Source: Octopus bimaculoides (taxonomy: Eukaryota). Taken from it: a stretch of DNA of 64,000 bases. The notes below the pieces were generated by a model. That model searched no databases and was not told the origin of the DNA. It worked only from the letters and a program-made list of their open reading frames with translations. Shown here piece by piece: positions 1-12,775 of this stretch. The position numbers were made by a program, and so were the translations under genes. How positions within the stretch are numbered: the stretch's first letter is position 1; each line of letters starts with the position of its first letter. The DNA is taken from positions 37,805,408 to 37,869,407 of the forward strand of contig NC_068994.1 of the NCBI RefSeq assembly GCF_001194135.2, given 5' to 3'.

Positions 1-1305
1 ATATTGAACATTATAGATTTATACATTTGAAATAACATCATGAGGCAAACTAGTAGAATCGTCAAAATATCAGATGAAATGTCATGCAGTATTTGTTCTG
101 GATCTCTGGACTGAGGGTTCAAATCCTGCTGTGCCTAACTTTGCCTTTCATCCTTCTGAGGTCAATAAATAAAGTTCTAGTCAAATACTAAGAGTACAAT
201 TCTTTTCACTCACTTTCTCGCTTTTTCCCTTTTTCTTTCTCTCCTCCACTTCTCTCTCTCTCTCTCACTTTCTCTCTCTCTCTCTCACTCTCTCTCTCTC
301 TCCTTTCTTGCTCCTATTTGAAACAGAAAAGTAACACCACCCCACTACCACCTTCACTACCTCCACTACTGTCACTCTCAACACCACATCCACAACTGTC
401 ATCACCACCTCACCCATCTACATCATGAATATTGTAACTACCACCACCACCACCACCATTATCATCACCATCCCCATCCCCACATATTCATCCTCATCAA
501 GATTAGGGCATTAATGTTTTTCATGTAGGCACATATGCTTGAATGAACCAGTAACATCTTTTTGGTGCATATATTTCTGATAATTGTGGCCTTAAAACTG
601 ATTGCAGTTCCTTATAGTAAGTGTTATAACCAAGACGTTTTTCTTAATAACCCAATTAAGTCTACTTTCCTGAATTATAGATAGATGCTGACAACTCATT
701 GCTACTTTATGTGAAATTACTTAAAAATCCTTAGATTAAGCTAATGGATTTTCTTGCTTTTTTTTTTTTGGTTTTGGTTTTTGTTCTAAAAAGAAGACAT
801 CTACATCTTCGTGAATGTTAAGCCATTGAAATAACCTATCATTGCAGCATTTCCTCATTATATTAAGGAAACATTATCATACACTCTGCTCCTAAATGTG
901 AACAGCACATGAAACTGTCAGCTGCCTCTAAATGGTCATGGTTGTTCAAGTTGCTAGAAATAGTTGTCAAATCTCTCTCAGACTACACATCACTATTTTA
1001 GGAAAGGACACATTTGATAGTATAGTCCTGGATTCCATGCACTTAGGGTGAAGATGGAAGGGCATAGCTGGAATGCTTTTAATCATAAATCTGCTTGATC
1101 AAGGATAAGTCAGAGCTAAGCAGCAACATGAACAAGAAATTTGACTAGAACCGTCAAAGTCACCACAAATTCTAAGTCATGTCATCACTGAGGTTATCTA
1201 CTGGCAAACCCACAATATAATAAAGCTGGTATCACCAGATTAGACTTCTTTTTTTCAAATATATATATACATATATATATACATATATATATATATACGT
1301 ATATG

Positions 1306-1518
1306 TGATGGGGTGCTGAAAATTTCTTGGCTTTAAAGGTATTGTGAAAGGCTTTTTCGAGGTCTAACCTTCTGAGTTTTTTTTATAGGGCTTAGAAAAA
1401 CTTAAGGATAGTTACGATAAGTGTGTGAATCTGAGAGGGGAATATGTGGAATAAAATCATGATTAACTGATCCTACTGTATTTTCTTTTACACAAAGTCA
1501 GGAACATTTCATCACCCC

Positions 1519-1524
<6 letters not shown>
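1306..1524 (+). mobile_element. Mariner-derived MITE (~30-bp TIRs, in TA tract)
   Basis: Ends gatggggtgctgaaaatttcttggcttt / aaagtcaggaacatttcatcaccccctcata. Internal aagtgtgtgaatctgagaggggaatatgtggaataa encodes KCVNLRGEYVE*, a mariner transposase C-terminus. Confidence 0.8.
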
Positions 1525-1554
<30 letters not shown>

Positions 1555-1800
1555 TTCCAATCACTTCAGCCCATGTAATGACACATGTGCTTTTCTCAGA
1601 CTATTCTTTTCCTTCTACCATGACTTTTTCCTCTGTCCCCTTTCTGACAAAGAGCCGTACTCAGAACATCACAACCCTCATTTTTCCATTTTAAACTTAC
1701 TCTGAGCATCAACTTAATACATCACTGTGTATGCCCTTTTGACTTTTGTTGTTTTACCTGTTGTATTTTTGTTTTTATTTTTGATTTACCTATATATGTG

Positions 1801-1845
<45 letters not shown>

Positions 1846-2248
1846 NNNNNNNNNNNNNNNNNNNNNNNNNNNNNNNNNNNNNNNNNNNNNNNNNNNNNNN
1901 NNNNNNNNNNNNNNNNNNNNNNNNNNNNNNNNNNNNNNNNNNNNNNNNNNNNNNNNNNNNNNNNNNNNNNNNNNNNNNNNNNNNNNNNNNNNNNNNNNNN
2001 NNNNNNNNNNNNNNNNNNNNNNNNNNNNNNNNNNNNNNNNNNNNNNNNNNNNNNNNNNNNNNNNNNNNNNNNNNNNNNNNNNNNNNNNNNNNNNNNNNNN
2101 NNNNNNNNNNNNNNNNNNNNNNNNNNNNNNNNNNNNNNNNNNNNNNNNNNNNNNNNNNNNNNNNNNNNNNNNNNNNNNNNNNNNNNNNNNNNNNNNNNNN
2201 NNNNNNNNNNNNNNNNNNNNNNNNNNNNNNNNNNNNNNNNNNNNNNNN

Positions 2249-2288
<40 letters not shown>

Positions 2289-2898
2289 AAAACAGTCTCT
2301 GACTGAGGATGACCGTACATAGATCTCAAAGTAAAATACGGGAATATAAAAAAATAGCATAGAATGGGGGTACAAAGAGCAAAAAGTTCATTAGAGCACT
2401 GACCGTGGAAATACTTATAGAAAAGATACAATAAAGATATGTTTCAATGATAAGATAAAAGCTCCAACCTTTTAGAAAAAAGAAGATCCACTATATTAAC
2501 AGCTCAGTACTGAATTTAATCCAGTAATTCCTTGTGTCCACCAGTTGTCAAAAAATGGTGAGTAACACACATACACACAGATATCTGTACATATACTTAT
2601 TTTTATACACATAAATACATACACACACACTCAGAAGAAATTATGAACTTCCTCGTACAGGCACATGCATACCGACAAAAACGCAAACACACATACATAG
2701 ACACTTACACACATATATGTATATACTACAAGTTTCTTAGGTCATTTTGGAGCTATCATAAAAGGTGACATGCAGTAGGATTGAGTCCCAGAACATGTCA
2801 TTGGAAAGGGAACAACTTAATCACTCAGCCACACCTGCACTTCCCCCCAGCCATGCCTGTGCCTCTATATGCATGTATGAATGTATGTATGTATGTAT

Positions 2899-3744
2899 GT
2901 ATGTATGTTATCAATCAGTTTCATTTCTGTATTTCTTGTCCATAGTGAAAGAGCCGGACTCTAACATAGATTCAAGGCTCCTTCATTGGAACTTTTATCA
3001 ACATCATCTAGGTATTTGNNNNNNNNNNNNNNNNNNNNNNNNNNNNNNNNNNNNNNNNNNNNNNNNNNNNNNNNNNNNNNNNNNNNNNNNNNNNNNNNNN
3101 NNNNNNNNNNNNNNNNNNNNNNNNNNNNNNNNNNNNNNNNNNNNNNNNNNNNNNNNNNNNNNNNNNNNNNNNNNNNNNNNNNNNNNNNNNNNNNNNNNNN
3201 NNNNNNNNNNNNNNNNNNNNNNNNNNNNNNNNNNNNNNNNNNNNNNNNNNNNNNNNNNNNNNNNNNNNNNNNNNNNNNNNNNNNNNNNNNNNNNNNNNNN
3301 NNNNNNNNNNNNNNNNNNNNNNNNNNNNNNNNNNNNNNNNNNNNNNNNNNNNNNNNNNNNNNNNNNNNNNNNNNNNNNNNNNNNNNNNNNNNNNNNNNNN
3401 NNNNNNNNNNNNNNNNNNNNNNNNNNNNNNNNNNNNNNNNNNNNNNNNNNNNNNNNNNNNCAGTTCCATTGATGGCTTGAATCTGTAGTCTTCTAATCAG
3501 CCTTTTTCTTTCAGGTTTTGAGAACCCTAATTTTTCCAGGTTTTTGTTGAGGCAGTTCGTTACATATCCCAATGCCCCAACAATCACGGGTATGAATCTG
3601 AACTTGTAGTCTGGGTGGAGTATCTGTAAATTTCTCAGTAGCTCGGCATAGTTGTTCTCTTTTTCTCTAATCTTTAGTGGGATGTTGACATCCGCAGGAC
3701 AGCTGATTTCTACTACTGTACAGAGTTTCTCTTCTCTGTCCCAG
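2899..3744 (-). mobile_element. 5'-truncated non-LTR retrotransposon with restriction-like endonuclease (R4/Dong-like), copy A, with (CATA)n tail; contains an N gap
   Basis: Minus-strand translation WDREEKLCTVVEISCPADVNIPLKIREKENNYAELLRNLQILHPDYKFRFIPVIVGALGYV shows the REL C-terminal motifs (VE..CP, EK..Y..L, IPVIVGALG). The 3' UTR ends in tatg repeats at ~2870-2898. Confidence 0.85.
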
Positions 3745-3788
3745 TATGTATGTATGTATGTATGCATGTGTGTATGTATGTATGTATG

Positions 3789-4518
3789 TCATTATTCAGT
3801 TTTATTTCAAAATTTCTTGCCAATGGAGAAAGAACTGGTTTCTAACCTAGATCCAACTCTCCTTCATCGGAATTTCAACATCAACAACAGGGTATTTTTG
3901 TATGTATGTATACATGCAGACTTTTATATTTTGTTCTATGTATGTCTTCTCATGTATATAGTTGCATGTCTAGACATGCTCATATATACTTAAATGATAA
4001 ACTTCTGCAAAGTTTTACAGATTTTTTACAGTTCCAGTGATGGGCTGGATCTGTAGTCTTTGAATTAGCTTTCTCCTTTCTGGTTTTGAGAAACCTAATT
4101 TCTCAAGACTGATATTTAGACAGTGTGTTACATAACCCATTGCTCCAATAATTACAGGTATAAACCTGAACATGTAATCTGGATAGAGTAACAGCAGATT
4201 TCTCAATAGTTCAGTGTTAGTATTCTCTATGTTACTTATCTTCAGCTTTAGGTTAACATCCGTTGGGCAGCTGATTTCCACGACTCTTCTCTATCCTGAA
4301 TCATTATATCAGGTCTGCCCTTCATACATTTTACTGGGGTATTCACTGGTACATTCCACCAGTTCTCCTCTTTATTATGAGTGGCTGCTATGGCTTCTAC
4401 CAAACTGTGGGTCCTTATTTCTTTGTCCTCGGAGTTATCCTTCTGACGAATTTCATTATAGAGTGCCCTAGCTACGACATCATCTCTCATCAGTAGATAA
4501 TATTGTGACGATATTTTT
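3789..4518 (-). mobile_element. Degenerate R4/Dong-like REL retrotransposon 3' end, copy B, head-to-tail with copy A
   Basis: Fragments [19 protein letters not shown]...[21 protein letters not shown] and [14 protein letters not shown]...FIPVIIGAMGYVTHCL...ITGTVK with frameshifts. The 3' UTR resembles copy A. (CATA)n at 3745-3788. Confidence 0.85.
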
Positions 4519-5048
4519 AATGTATGTATGTATATGTATGCATGCATGTGTATGTATATACATATATATATACATACATATATATGCATACATACATAAA
4601 TATATATATACATATATATATGCATACATATATATATATATATATACTTATGTATATATATATGTGTGTGTATGTATATATATATGTATATATGCATATG
4701 CATATGTATGTATATATATATATATNNNNNNNNNNTATATATATATATATACACATACATATACATATACATATATGTATACATACATGTATACATATAT
4801 ATACACACACAGATATACACACATATGTATACACACACACACACACACACATAGAATGGAAGATTATTTACTCACTTGGAAACAGGTACAGGTTAGCATC
4901 AGGAAGAATATTCGGCTTTAGAAAACTCTGCCTGAGCATCCTTTCATCTTACCGATGCAAGCATAAAAATGTAGACATTAATACAATGATGATGATGATG
5001 ATGATGACAATGATATGTATGTCTGTATGTATATATGTATGTATGTAT

Positions 5049-5087
<39 letters not shown>

Positions 5088-6185
5088 TATGCTGGAAATT
5101 TCAATAACAGTTGTAAATTAAGTATCATTCCAAATTTTTTCTGCTTAATATTTTTTACTTATCTTTGATAAAGGGTATAAGCGTAAACATTAAAATCTCT
5201 TATTCTTTTCATTGAGCATATTTGTTTTCATTGTACACATTCTTTAATTGTTATTTCTTTAACATTTTTCTACTCTTATTCCACATTTCTGTTTTATCCA
5301 TCTGTAAGTGTGTGTGTGTGTGTGTGTATACATATATGTACATATATACATGTACACATGTATATGTGCATGAGCATGAATATATATATATTCATACATA
5401 AACATATAAATATATAAATGTATATATATATATATATNNNNNNNNNNNNNNNNNNNNNNNNNNNNNNNNNNNNNNNNNNNNNNNNNNNNNNNNNNNNNNN
5501 NNNNNNNNNNNNNNNNNNNNNNNNNNNNNNNNNNNNNNNNNNNNNNNNNNNNNNNNNNNNNNNNNNNNNNNNNNNNNNNNNNNNNNNNNNNNNNNNNNNN
5601 NNNNNNNNNNNNNNNNNNNNNNNNNNNNNNNNNNNNNNNNNNNNNNNNNNNNNNNNNNNNNNNNNNNNNNNNNNNNNNNNNNNNNNNNNNNNNNNNNNNN
5701 NNNNNNNNNNNNNNNNNNNNNNNNNNNNNNNNNNNNNNNNNNNNNNNNNNNNNNNNNNNNNNNNNNNNNNNNNNNNNNNNNNNNNNNNNNNNNNNNNNNN
5801 NNNNNNNNNNNNNNNNNNNNNNNNNNNNNNNNNNATATATATACCATAATATAATATAAATTTGAAAACTGCATTGATTCAAGACTCTACTTCCTTCATC
5901 TCTTCTTCAGTATAATGTGTCAACATCTTTATTCCTTGGAAGTTTCCATTTGATGTCATGATCTTGTGAATTTTAATGTCTATAAAGTAGATTTTCTTTA
6001 CAGACCAGTCAAGTGTCCCAAATGTATGTATGTTTAGGCATGCATGTATGTATGCATGTATATATGCATGTTTGTGTGTGGATGTATATATGTGTGTATG
6101 CATGTATTATTGATGTGTTTATTTATCTGTTATATTTATGTACAAAGGCAGCAACCTTGCAGAGTCTGTGTGTGTGTGTGTGTGT

Positions 6186-6225
<40 letters not shown>

Positions 6226-6714
6226 TTGTGTGTGTGTGTGTACCTGTGAGTCTATGTGTAAACTGCTAAACCAGCATGTCAAGCTGCAAAAGTTTACACC
6301 AATGCATAAAAATTTATTTTAGCCGTATGATAAATAGACATTAATAAAATAAGTATAGGGAATAAGCATGGTATAATTGACTAAAAAACCTTTGATGGGC
6401 ATCCCCAACTTGGCCACAGTCTAACGACCGTAACTAGTAAGAGAGATTAAGAATATGGTTTGTAAAAGCCAATCAGTTGACTCCATTCCGTTGACGATAC
6501 TTGCAAACTTTCTGAGTGTCACTATAATTTTGTAATTTGCTTTAAGCAATGTTTTGCAGGTTATAGCCTCGACATTCCTTTTCTAATTTCGGCAGCTAAA
6601 CATCAGAGAAAGTAATCCGAAGAAACTGATAAATTATAAGTTTTGTTATTTGCTTCTTGTTTGAAGAATATCTATACCTATGTACATGTTTCTGCCTCAG
6701 TGTGCGCTTGTGTA

Positions 6715-7190
6715 GTTGAGTGTGTGTGTGTGTGTGATTGTGTGTTTGTGTGTGTGATTGTGTATGCATGTGTATATGTATGTGTGCGTGTGCGTATATG
6801 TGTATGTGATTGTGTGATTGTATGTGTGTGTGTGAGTGGAAGTGTGTGCGAGTAATTGTGTGCATGGATGTGTATGCATGTGCGTGTGCATGTGAGTGTG
6901 TGAGTGTGTGAGTGTGTATATGTGACTGTCTGTGTGTATCCGTGTGCGTGTGATTGCATTTATGTGTGTGTGAAAGTGTTTGTGTGTGCATATGTGTGTA
7001 TGTGATTGTGGGTGTGTATGTGCATGTGTGTGTGTGCATATATGTGTATGTGATTGTGTGATTGTGTGTGTGTGTGAGTAATTGTGTGCATGTGTGTGAG
7101 TGTGTGTGTGTGTGTGCCCGATTGTATGAGGGTGTGTGTGTGTGTGTGTGTGCAAGTGTTTGTGTGTGAGTGTGTGTGTATGTGTTCGTG
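6715..7190. repeat. Degenerate (TG)n-derived minisatellite with internal higher-order duplication
   Basis: tatgtgtatgtgattgtgtgattgt occurs at ~6797 and ~7041, and gagtaattgtgtgcatg at ~6851 and ~7077. Confidence 0.85.
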
Positions 7191-7692
7191 AGTGATTCAG
7201 GCCCAGTTAGAAAATATTATATACCTGTCGTTCCGAGGGCTAGTTTTGTTGTACACTGTGTCACCTTAAGTTGTTTGAGTAAATCGTTAAAGGTGGTACC
7301 CCAGCAAGGACACTGTCCAAATAAACCTTGAGGGTTACATCATGAGTATATGTGGCAGTGCAATGGCCATGCAGGCTAATATAAGGAACCAGTTGTTCAT
7401 TTGATGGAACAGCTGAATACTGATTAATGAAATTAACAGCAGATCCATTTACTTACATGTGTGACAATATGTTTGTATGAGTACAAATGCAAGCACACTC
7501 ACAATCATATACACATTATAGACATACGCACAGTATATATATGAGTGTATATATGTGTATGTGTGTGTGTATATATGTATGTATACACACACACACAAGT
7601 ATATATATAGTATAAGGGGTTGTGTATATGTATATGTATGCATGTATGTATATCTATCTATCTATCTTTCTGTCTGTTTGTCTATCTATCAC

Positions 7693-7736
<44 letters not shown>

Positions 7737-8210
7737 TGTTTACAAATATCCTCTCACAATTCCTACATATACATACACACACACATACATATATATACAT
7801 ATATAAGTATGTGTGTGTTTTCATGGCATGTGTATGCATGTGTGTCTGTGTATGTATGTGTGTGCATGTGAATTTGTGTATGCTTGTGTCACTGTCATAC
7901 AAGCAGCATCATTCCTTTCCAATATTCTGCAAAATCACGTCTGATTTACCTTGCTTAGAAACAGGTAAGGATTGGCACTGGGAAGGGCATCTACCAAAGA
8001 AATTACACGATTCCTCTTATGGTCCTGAATACTATTTTTGGTTTTGTTTGTTGCAACAACTAACACGTATATACATAATTAAATACATACTTGAATATAC
8101 ACAAGTACAGATTAAAGATAGAAGAAGCTATCAAACCATAAAATCTGTCTCAAACTGCACCCTTTTAGCCTATACCAGAAAAGAAAGAAATGAATGAATG
8201 ATTGAACAAG

Positions 8211-8252
<42 letters not shown>

Positions 8253-8495
8253 ATAGGAAGTAAGAATGATGTAGAAATGGTCTATTTGATCAAGAAACTG
8301 TGAAGTTGTTTAGTCATAAACTTTAAAGTTGAAAATTAATATACAAGCAATATAGTAACAATGATATATAAGGATGTCATATTTTGTCAAGCAGGAGAGC
8401 TGGACTTGTAACATCTATCAAAGCGGAGGTGAACATTAAGGAGGGAAAATAATGATGAAATGAAATGATTGGATGAGAAATAAAATAGAAATAAA

Positions 8496-8531
<36 letters not shown>

Positions 8532-10262
8532 GTGAAAGACAGTGAGAGAAAGAGAGGGGCAGAAAGAAAGAGCTGGACAGAGCTAGGAGAAAGAGAGAGT
8601 GAGAAACACTTCATCACAGAGACAAAGAGAAAGAGACAGAGAGAAAGAGATGAAAGAAGACAAAAAAAATGTATTGTTTATTTATTTAAATATTTCAAGG
8701 TTGCTTGTGTGTCTGTTTGTTTTGCTGTGAAATTTTTGGTATTTAAGTGGAGGCATTGTGGATAGGAATTATCTCTCCTTCATATACATGATGATAATTT
8801 TTGATACAATATTTTACACTGTGAAATTTAAACAACAAATATATCTGAAAAAAAAAAAAGAAAAAGAGAAACAACACAACAAAATAAAACAACAACAACA
8901 AGGATAAGTGACAATACAAATAACTCTTCCCTTTTTACCAACCAAGAAGAAGTTATATTGAAAAATATCTTGTAATTACTTCCATAAATATTTGAAATTT
9001 ATTTAGAATAATGAAGTTAGAGAAGAAGTTGCTTTATGTTTATTACTGGCATTATTTTATTAACTGAAAACTTTTAAAAATCCCTCAACAAAAGCATGTG
9101 GGAACCTTCCGTTTTGTTGATCAAGAAATATATTGCACGAAAGAGAGCCGATAAAATTCAATTAAGGCATTGCCTTGCATGAATTTTAATTTAGTAAATA
9201 GTGTTAAAAGAGTGATACGTTGATGTTTCCTTTTAAAAGAGTTTGATGAGAATTAATGTCTTATATTATTCTATCTAGCTTAAAAATCTAGCAAAGGGAA
9301 AAAAAAAGAAAAAGAAGTAAAGAGCATAATCAATAATTTTAGAATTACCTAATAATGTCAATATTCTATTCATGAACATCTCAAAGGAGAAATTTTCAAT
9401 GTGTCATAGTTGATTTTTCACATAATATTTTATAAACAATATTTTGCTTCTTATTGTTATTGTTGTTTGCTGGTTGTAAGTTTTCAATAGTTATGAGCTG
9501 CTGTGTTTATGACATGTTGCTAATGTCACAAACATTGAAATCAAGCCAGAATGCTGATAACAAAATTTACCTTTGATCTTCCTTCTGCAAACTGAGTTTG
9601 CAATTTTTAAGGGGCCAAAGATATTTCTTTCAAACCCAGCATGAATGATAAGATATATATATATACACACATACACACACATGCATGGGTGTATCTGTGT
9701 ATGTGTGTATGTATGTATATATTTAAACGCATATACATTCACCCAACACACACACACATATATATGCATACACATACTTATATAGATACAGAAATGAACA
9801 CATTTATACATATGTATACATACGCATACTTACAAAATTACAATTACAAGCTATTAATGGAAATGTAAAATATGCAAAGCATTCAGGAAGTTGAATATGT
9901 AGTATGTACTCATACATAAGTCAAAATATAAGTGAATTCGCATACAGTCAATAAAAAGTCTGCGCGTAAACACATATGTGCACACACATACAATACTTAC
10001 ATAGAAAAAAAGCATACATACCTGCATACACACACACACAAACACACACACATATGCACGAACATGCACACACACATGCACACACACATGTACACAGACA
10101 CACATGCATATGCACAGACACGTGCATGCACAAACATTATTTTGCATCTGCATTTGTTATGCAAGACTCTTGATGTGAAAAGGCATGTTGACAGATTTTT
10201 GTTAAATTTTTGGAGGGTCATTTTGCCAATAGAAATGCACTTACTGCTTCTATTACAGCTTT

Positions 10263-10341
<79 letters not shown>

Positions 10342-10743
10342 GTTATTGAACGAGAGAGCAGTGTATGCCATGATATTGACAGTGGGGTACAATTATATGA
10401 TGCCAAATATACCCACCATGACTATCCTTCTGATAGGAGTACACCAAACACATATATTACAACCACATATGCACAACATGACGATCTCATATCAAGATAA
10501 CAGTCCAGTTAAAATTTTCTTCAGGTCGAGTAGGCTATCCTGCTCAAGGGGCCTCTGAATAAGGGTTGCTTAAGGATGTTGAATGAAACACCCATGTTTC
10601 CAGAGATGAATTATTTAAACCCCAAAGAATTCCTCTCAACACATGGCTATGATGCTCCTCCACTATGCCCGCTCATTTATCAGAGATGCACCAATTGTCA
10701 GCCACCAATAGACATACTCAACTGGTTACAGTCAAACAACTAA

Positions 10744-12775
10744 CCCAATGCTTTGATGACAATAGGGACAACCTTTATGTTTGACTCACATAGCTGCTAC
10801 ATCTTAGCAATCTCAATTCTCAGGTCTCCATATTCATCAATCTTTTCTCTTTCTTTCATGATAATATGTTGATCTCCTGGCTCTCCCACATCGATTATTA
10901 GGCACTCTTGTTTGTCTCTCATAAAGGTTACTATATTCAGCCTTTGGTCCTCTAACACCTTGTCTGTCTGGAAGTCAATCTTCCAGAGGATGTTTGCCTT
11001 CCCCTTTTTGTTCATTACCTTTTCTAGTGTATGTTGGTACCAAGCACCCTTTACCTTGTATCCATACTTCTGGCATAGTAGCCAATGATGGTTTAGGGCT
11101 ACCTTGTCGTATCTGCACTTGTACTGTTTCTGTGCAAGACTTTCACAAGCACTAACAATGTGAGTCATGCTTTTGACCCTCTTCCAACACATTCTGCAGA
11201 GGTTCATCATGCTTGTGGTGTATATATCACTTTTCACTGAGTTGGTATTAAATGCCTGCTTCTGGGCAGTGATAATTAGGCTTTCAGTATTCTTTTTTGG
11301 GTCACCCTTGTTGAGCTACCTCCATGATGCTTCCTGGTCTTTTAATTTGTTAGTTTCATAGTGGAACTAACCATGTAATTCCATGTGTAGTAGGATTTCT
11401 TCTCTCTCATTTGATAATTTGTAACTGGAATTCATAAACACTCTCAAGTCCATTTTTGATTAATTCTTCTGCATTAGCAGCATACTGTAACAGGTCTTGT
11501 TGGCTGTTTACCAATTATGCTGTGATATTTCTTCTTTCACTGTTGATGCTCTCCTGTATGCTAATCAGCCCACATCCACCTTTACACCATTTCATGTAAA
11601 GCCTGAGTATGTATTGTAATTGTCTTTCGGGTACTGCGATCAAGTTTGTTTATCTCTACTTTTGTCCGTTTCAGGATGGGTGCACTGTAGTGGACTACAG
11701 CAACAGCCTATATGTTGAGAGCAGTCACAAGGTTCCTTGAGTTGAGTTTTGATTTCAAGAGAAGTTTGAGGTGCTTCAAATATTCAGGATCTCAAGGTAC
11801 TTATACCCATCATCATTTGGGTCTTCCATTCTCTCTCTGTTTGGCAGTTCTATGCCCCTACAATCTGCTCTTATCCCNNNNNNNNNNCCCCGTTTCAAAG
11901 TGAGCACCGCACACTTCGAGATACCGAATTCCATCCCTATATCCTTGCTGCACATCTGTAGAGTCTCAAACAGCCTCTCCATTTCAGGCTCTGTTTTTTG
12001 CAGACAGTTTTAAATCATCCATGAAGGAAAGGTGGTTGAGACAAGGTCCATTCTATCTCAGCTCATAGTGCATGTTAACTTTGTGTAGGGCTACGGAAAG
12101 TGGGATCAAGGCTATAACAAATAACAAAGATGAACAAGAGTCTCCCTAGAAGATGCCACTTTTGATTGTTACCTCAGCTAAGTGCTGGTTGTTACAGAAA
12201 AGATACGTTTTTCAAACTAGGCATGTTGTTCTTAATCAGTGCCCACACGTTCTCAGCTATTCCCTACATGACAAGTGTTTCTAAAATCCACAAATGCAGC
12301 AACATGTTTAAGCCTTTTGAAAGTCTATCCAGGTCATGCACAAGATTTTAAAGTATCCATTTGCAGTTCTTTATTGCAACCTTGTTTTTCACAAGGTGGT
12401 CCTTGGTGCCTTCGGATCCTTTTCAGCATCCCTTTTATTCTACTGAAAGTAGCTGTTTTTTGCAAGGAACATATATATTTTCCCTGCAAGGATGCTTGTT
12501 AACACTTTCCATCAGAGGTTAAAACAAGGAATGGGTCAGTTTTTTGTGAACCTTATTGCCCTTTGACCGATCTTTGATCAAGAATGTTGTCTTTCCCTCT
12601 ACAATCCACTCTGGAACTGCAACATTCTGTAGGTAATTGTCTAATCAAAAAACAATTCACTTGTGTGTTGACCTAAACCACTTGAGCCAATTGCCTTGAA
12701 TTTTGTCTGGTCCTGCTACTTGCCAGTTTGACAGTTTTGATACCTGTGCAATTACGTCATCCATTGTTATGCACA
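10744..12775 (-). mobile_element. Decayed R4-clade-like LINE: RT domain, CCHC knuckle and REL endonuclease
   Basis: Minus-strand fragments MDDVIAQVSKLSNWQVAGPDKIQGNWLK, MTWIDFQKA, GIF*GD..LLFVIALIPLS, DIGMEFGISKCAVLTLKR, YKYLEIL, CRMCWKRVKSMTHIVSACESLAQKQYK, CLIIDVGEPGD..KEREKIDEYGDL, VVPIVIKALG. Many stops and frameshifts. Confidence 0.88.
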
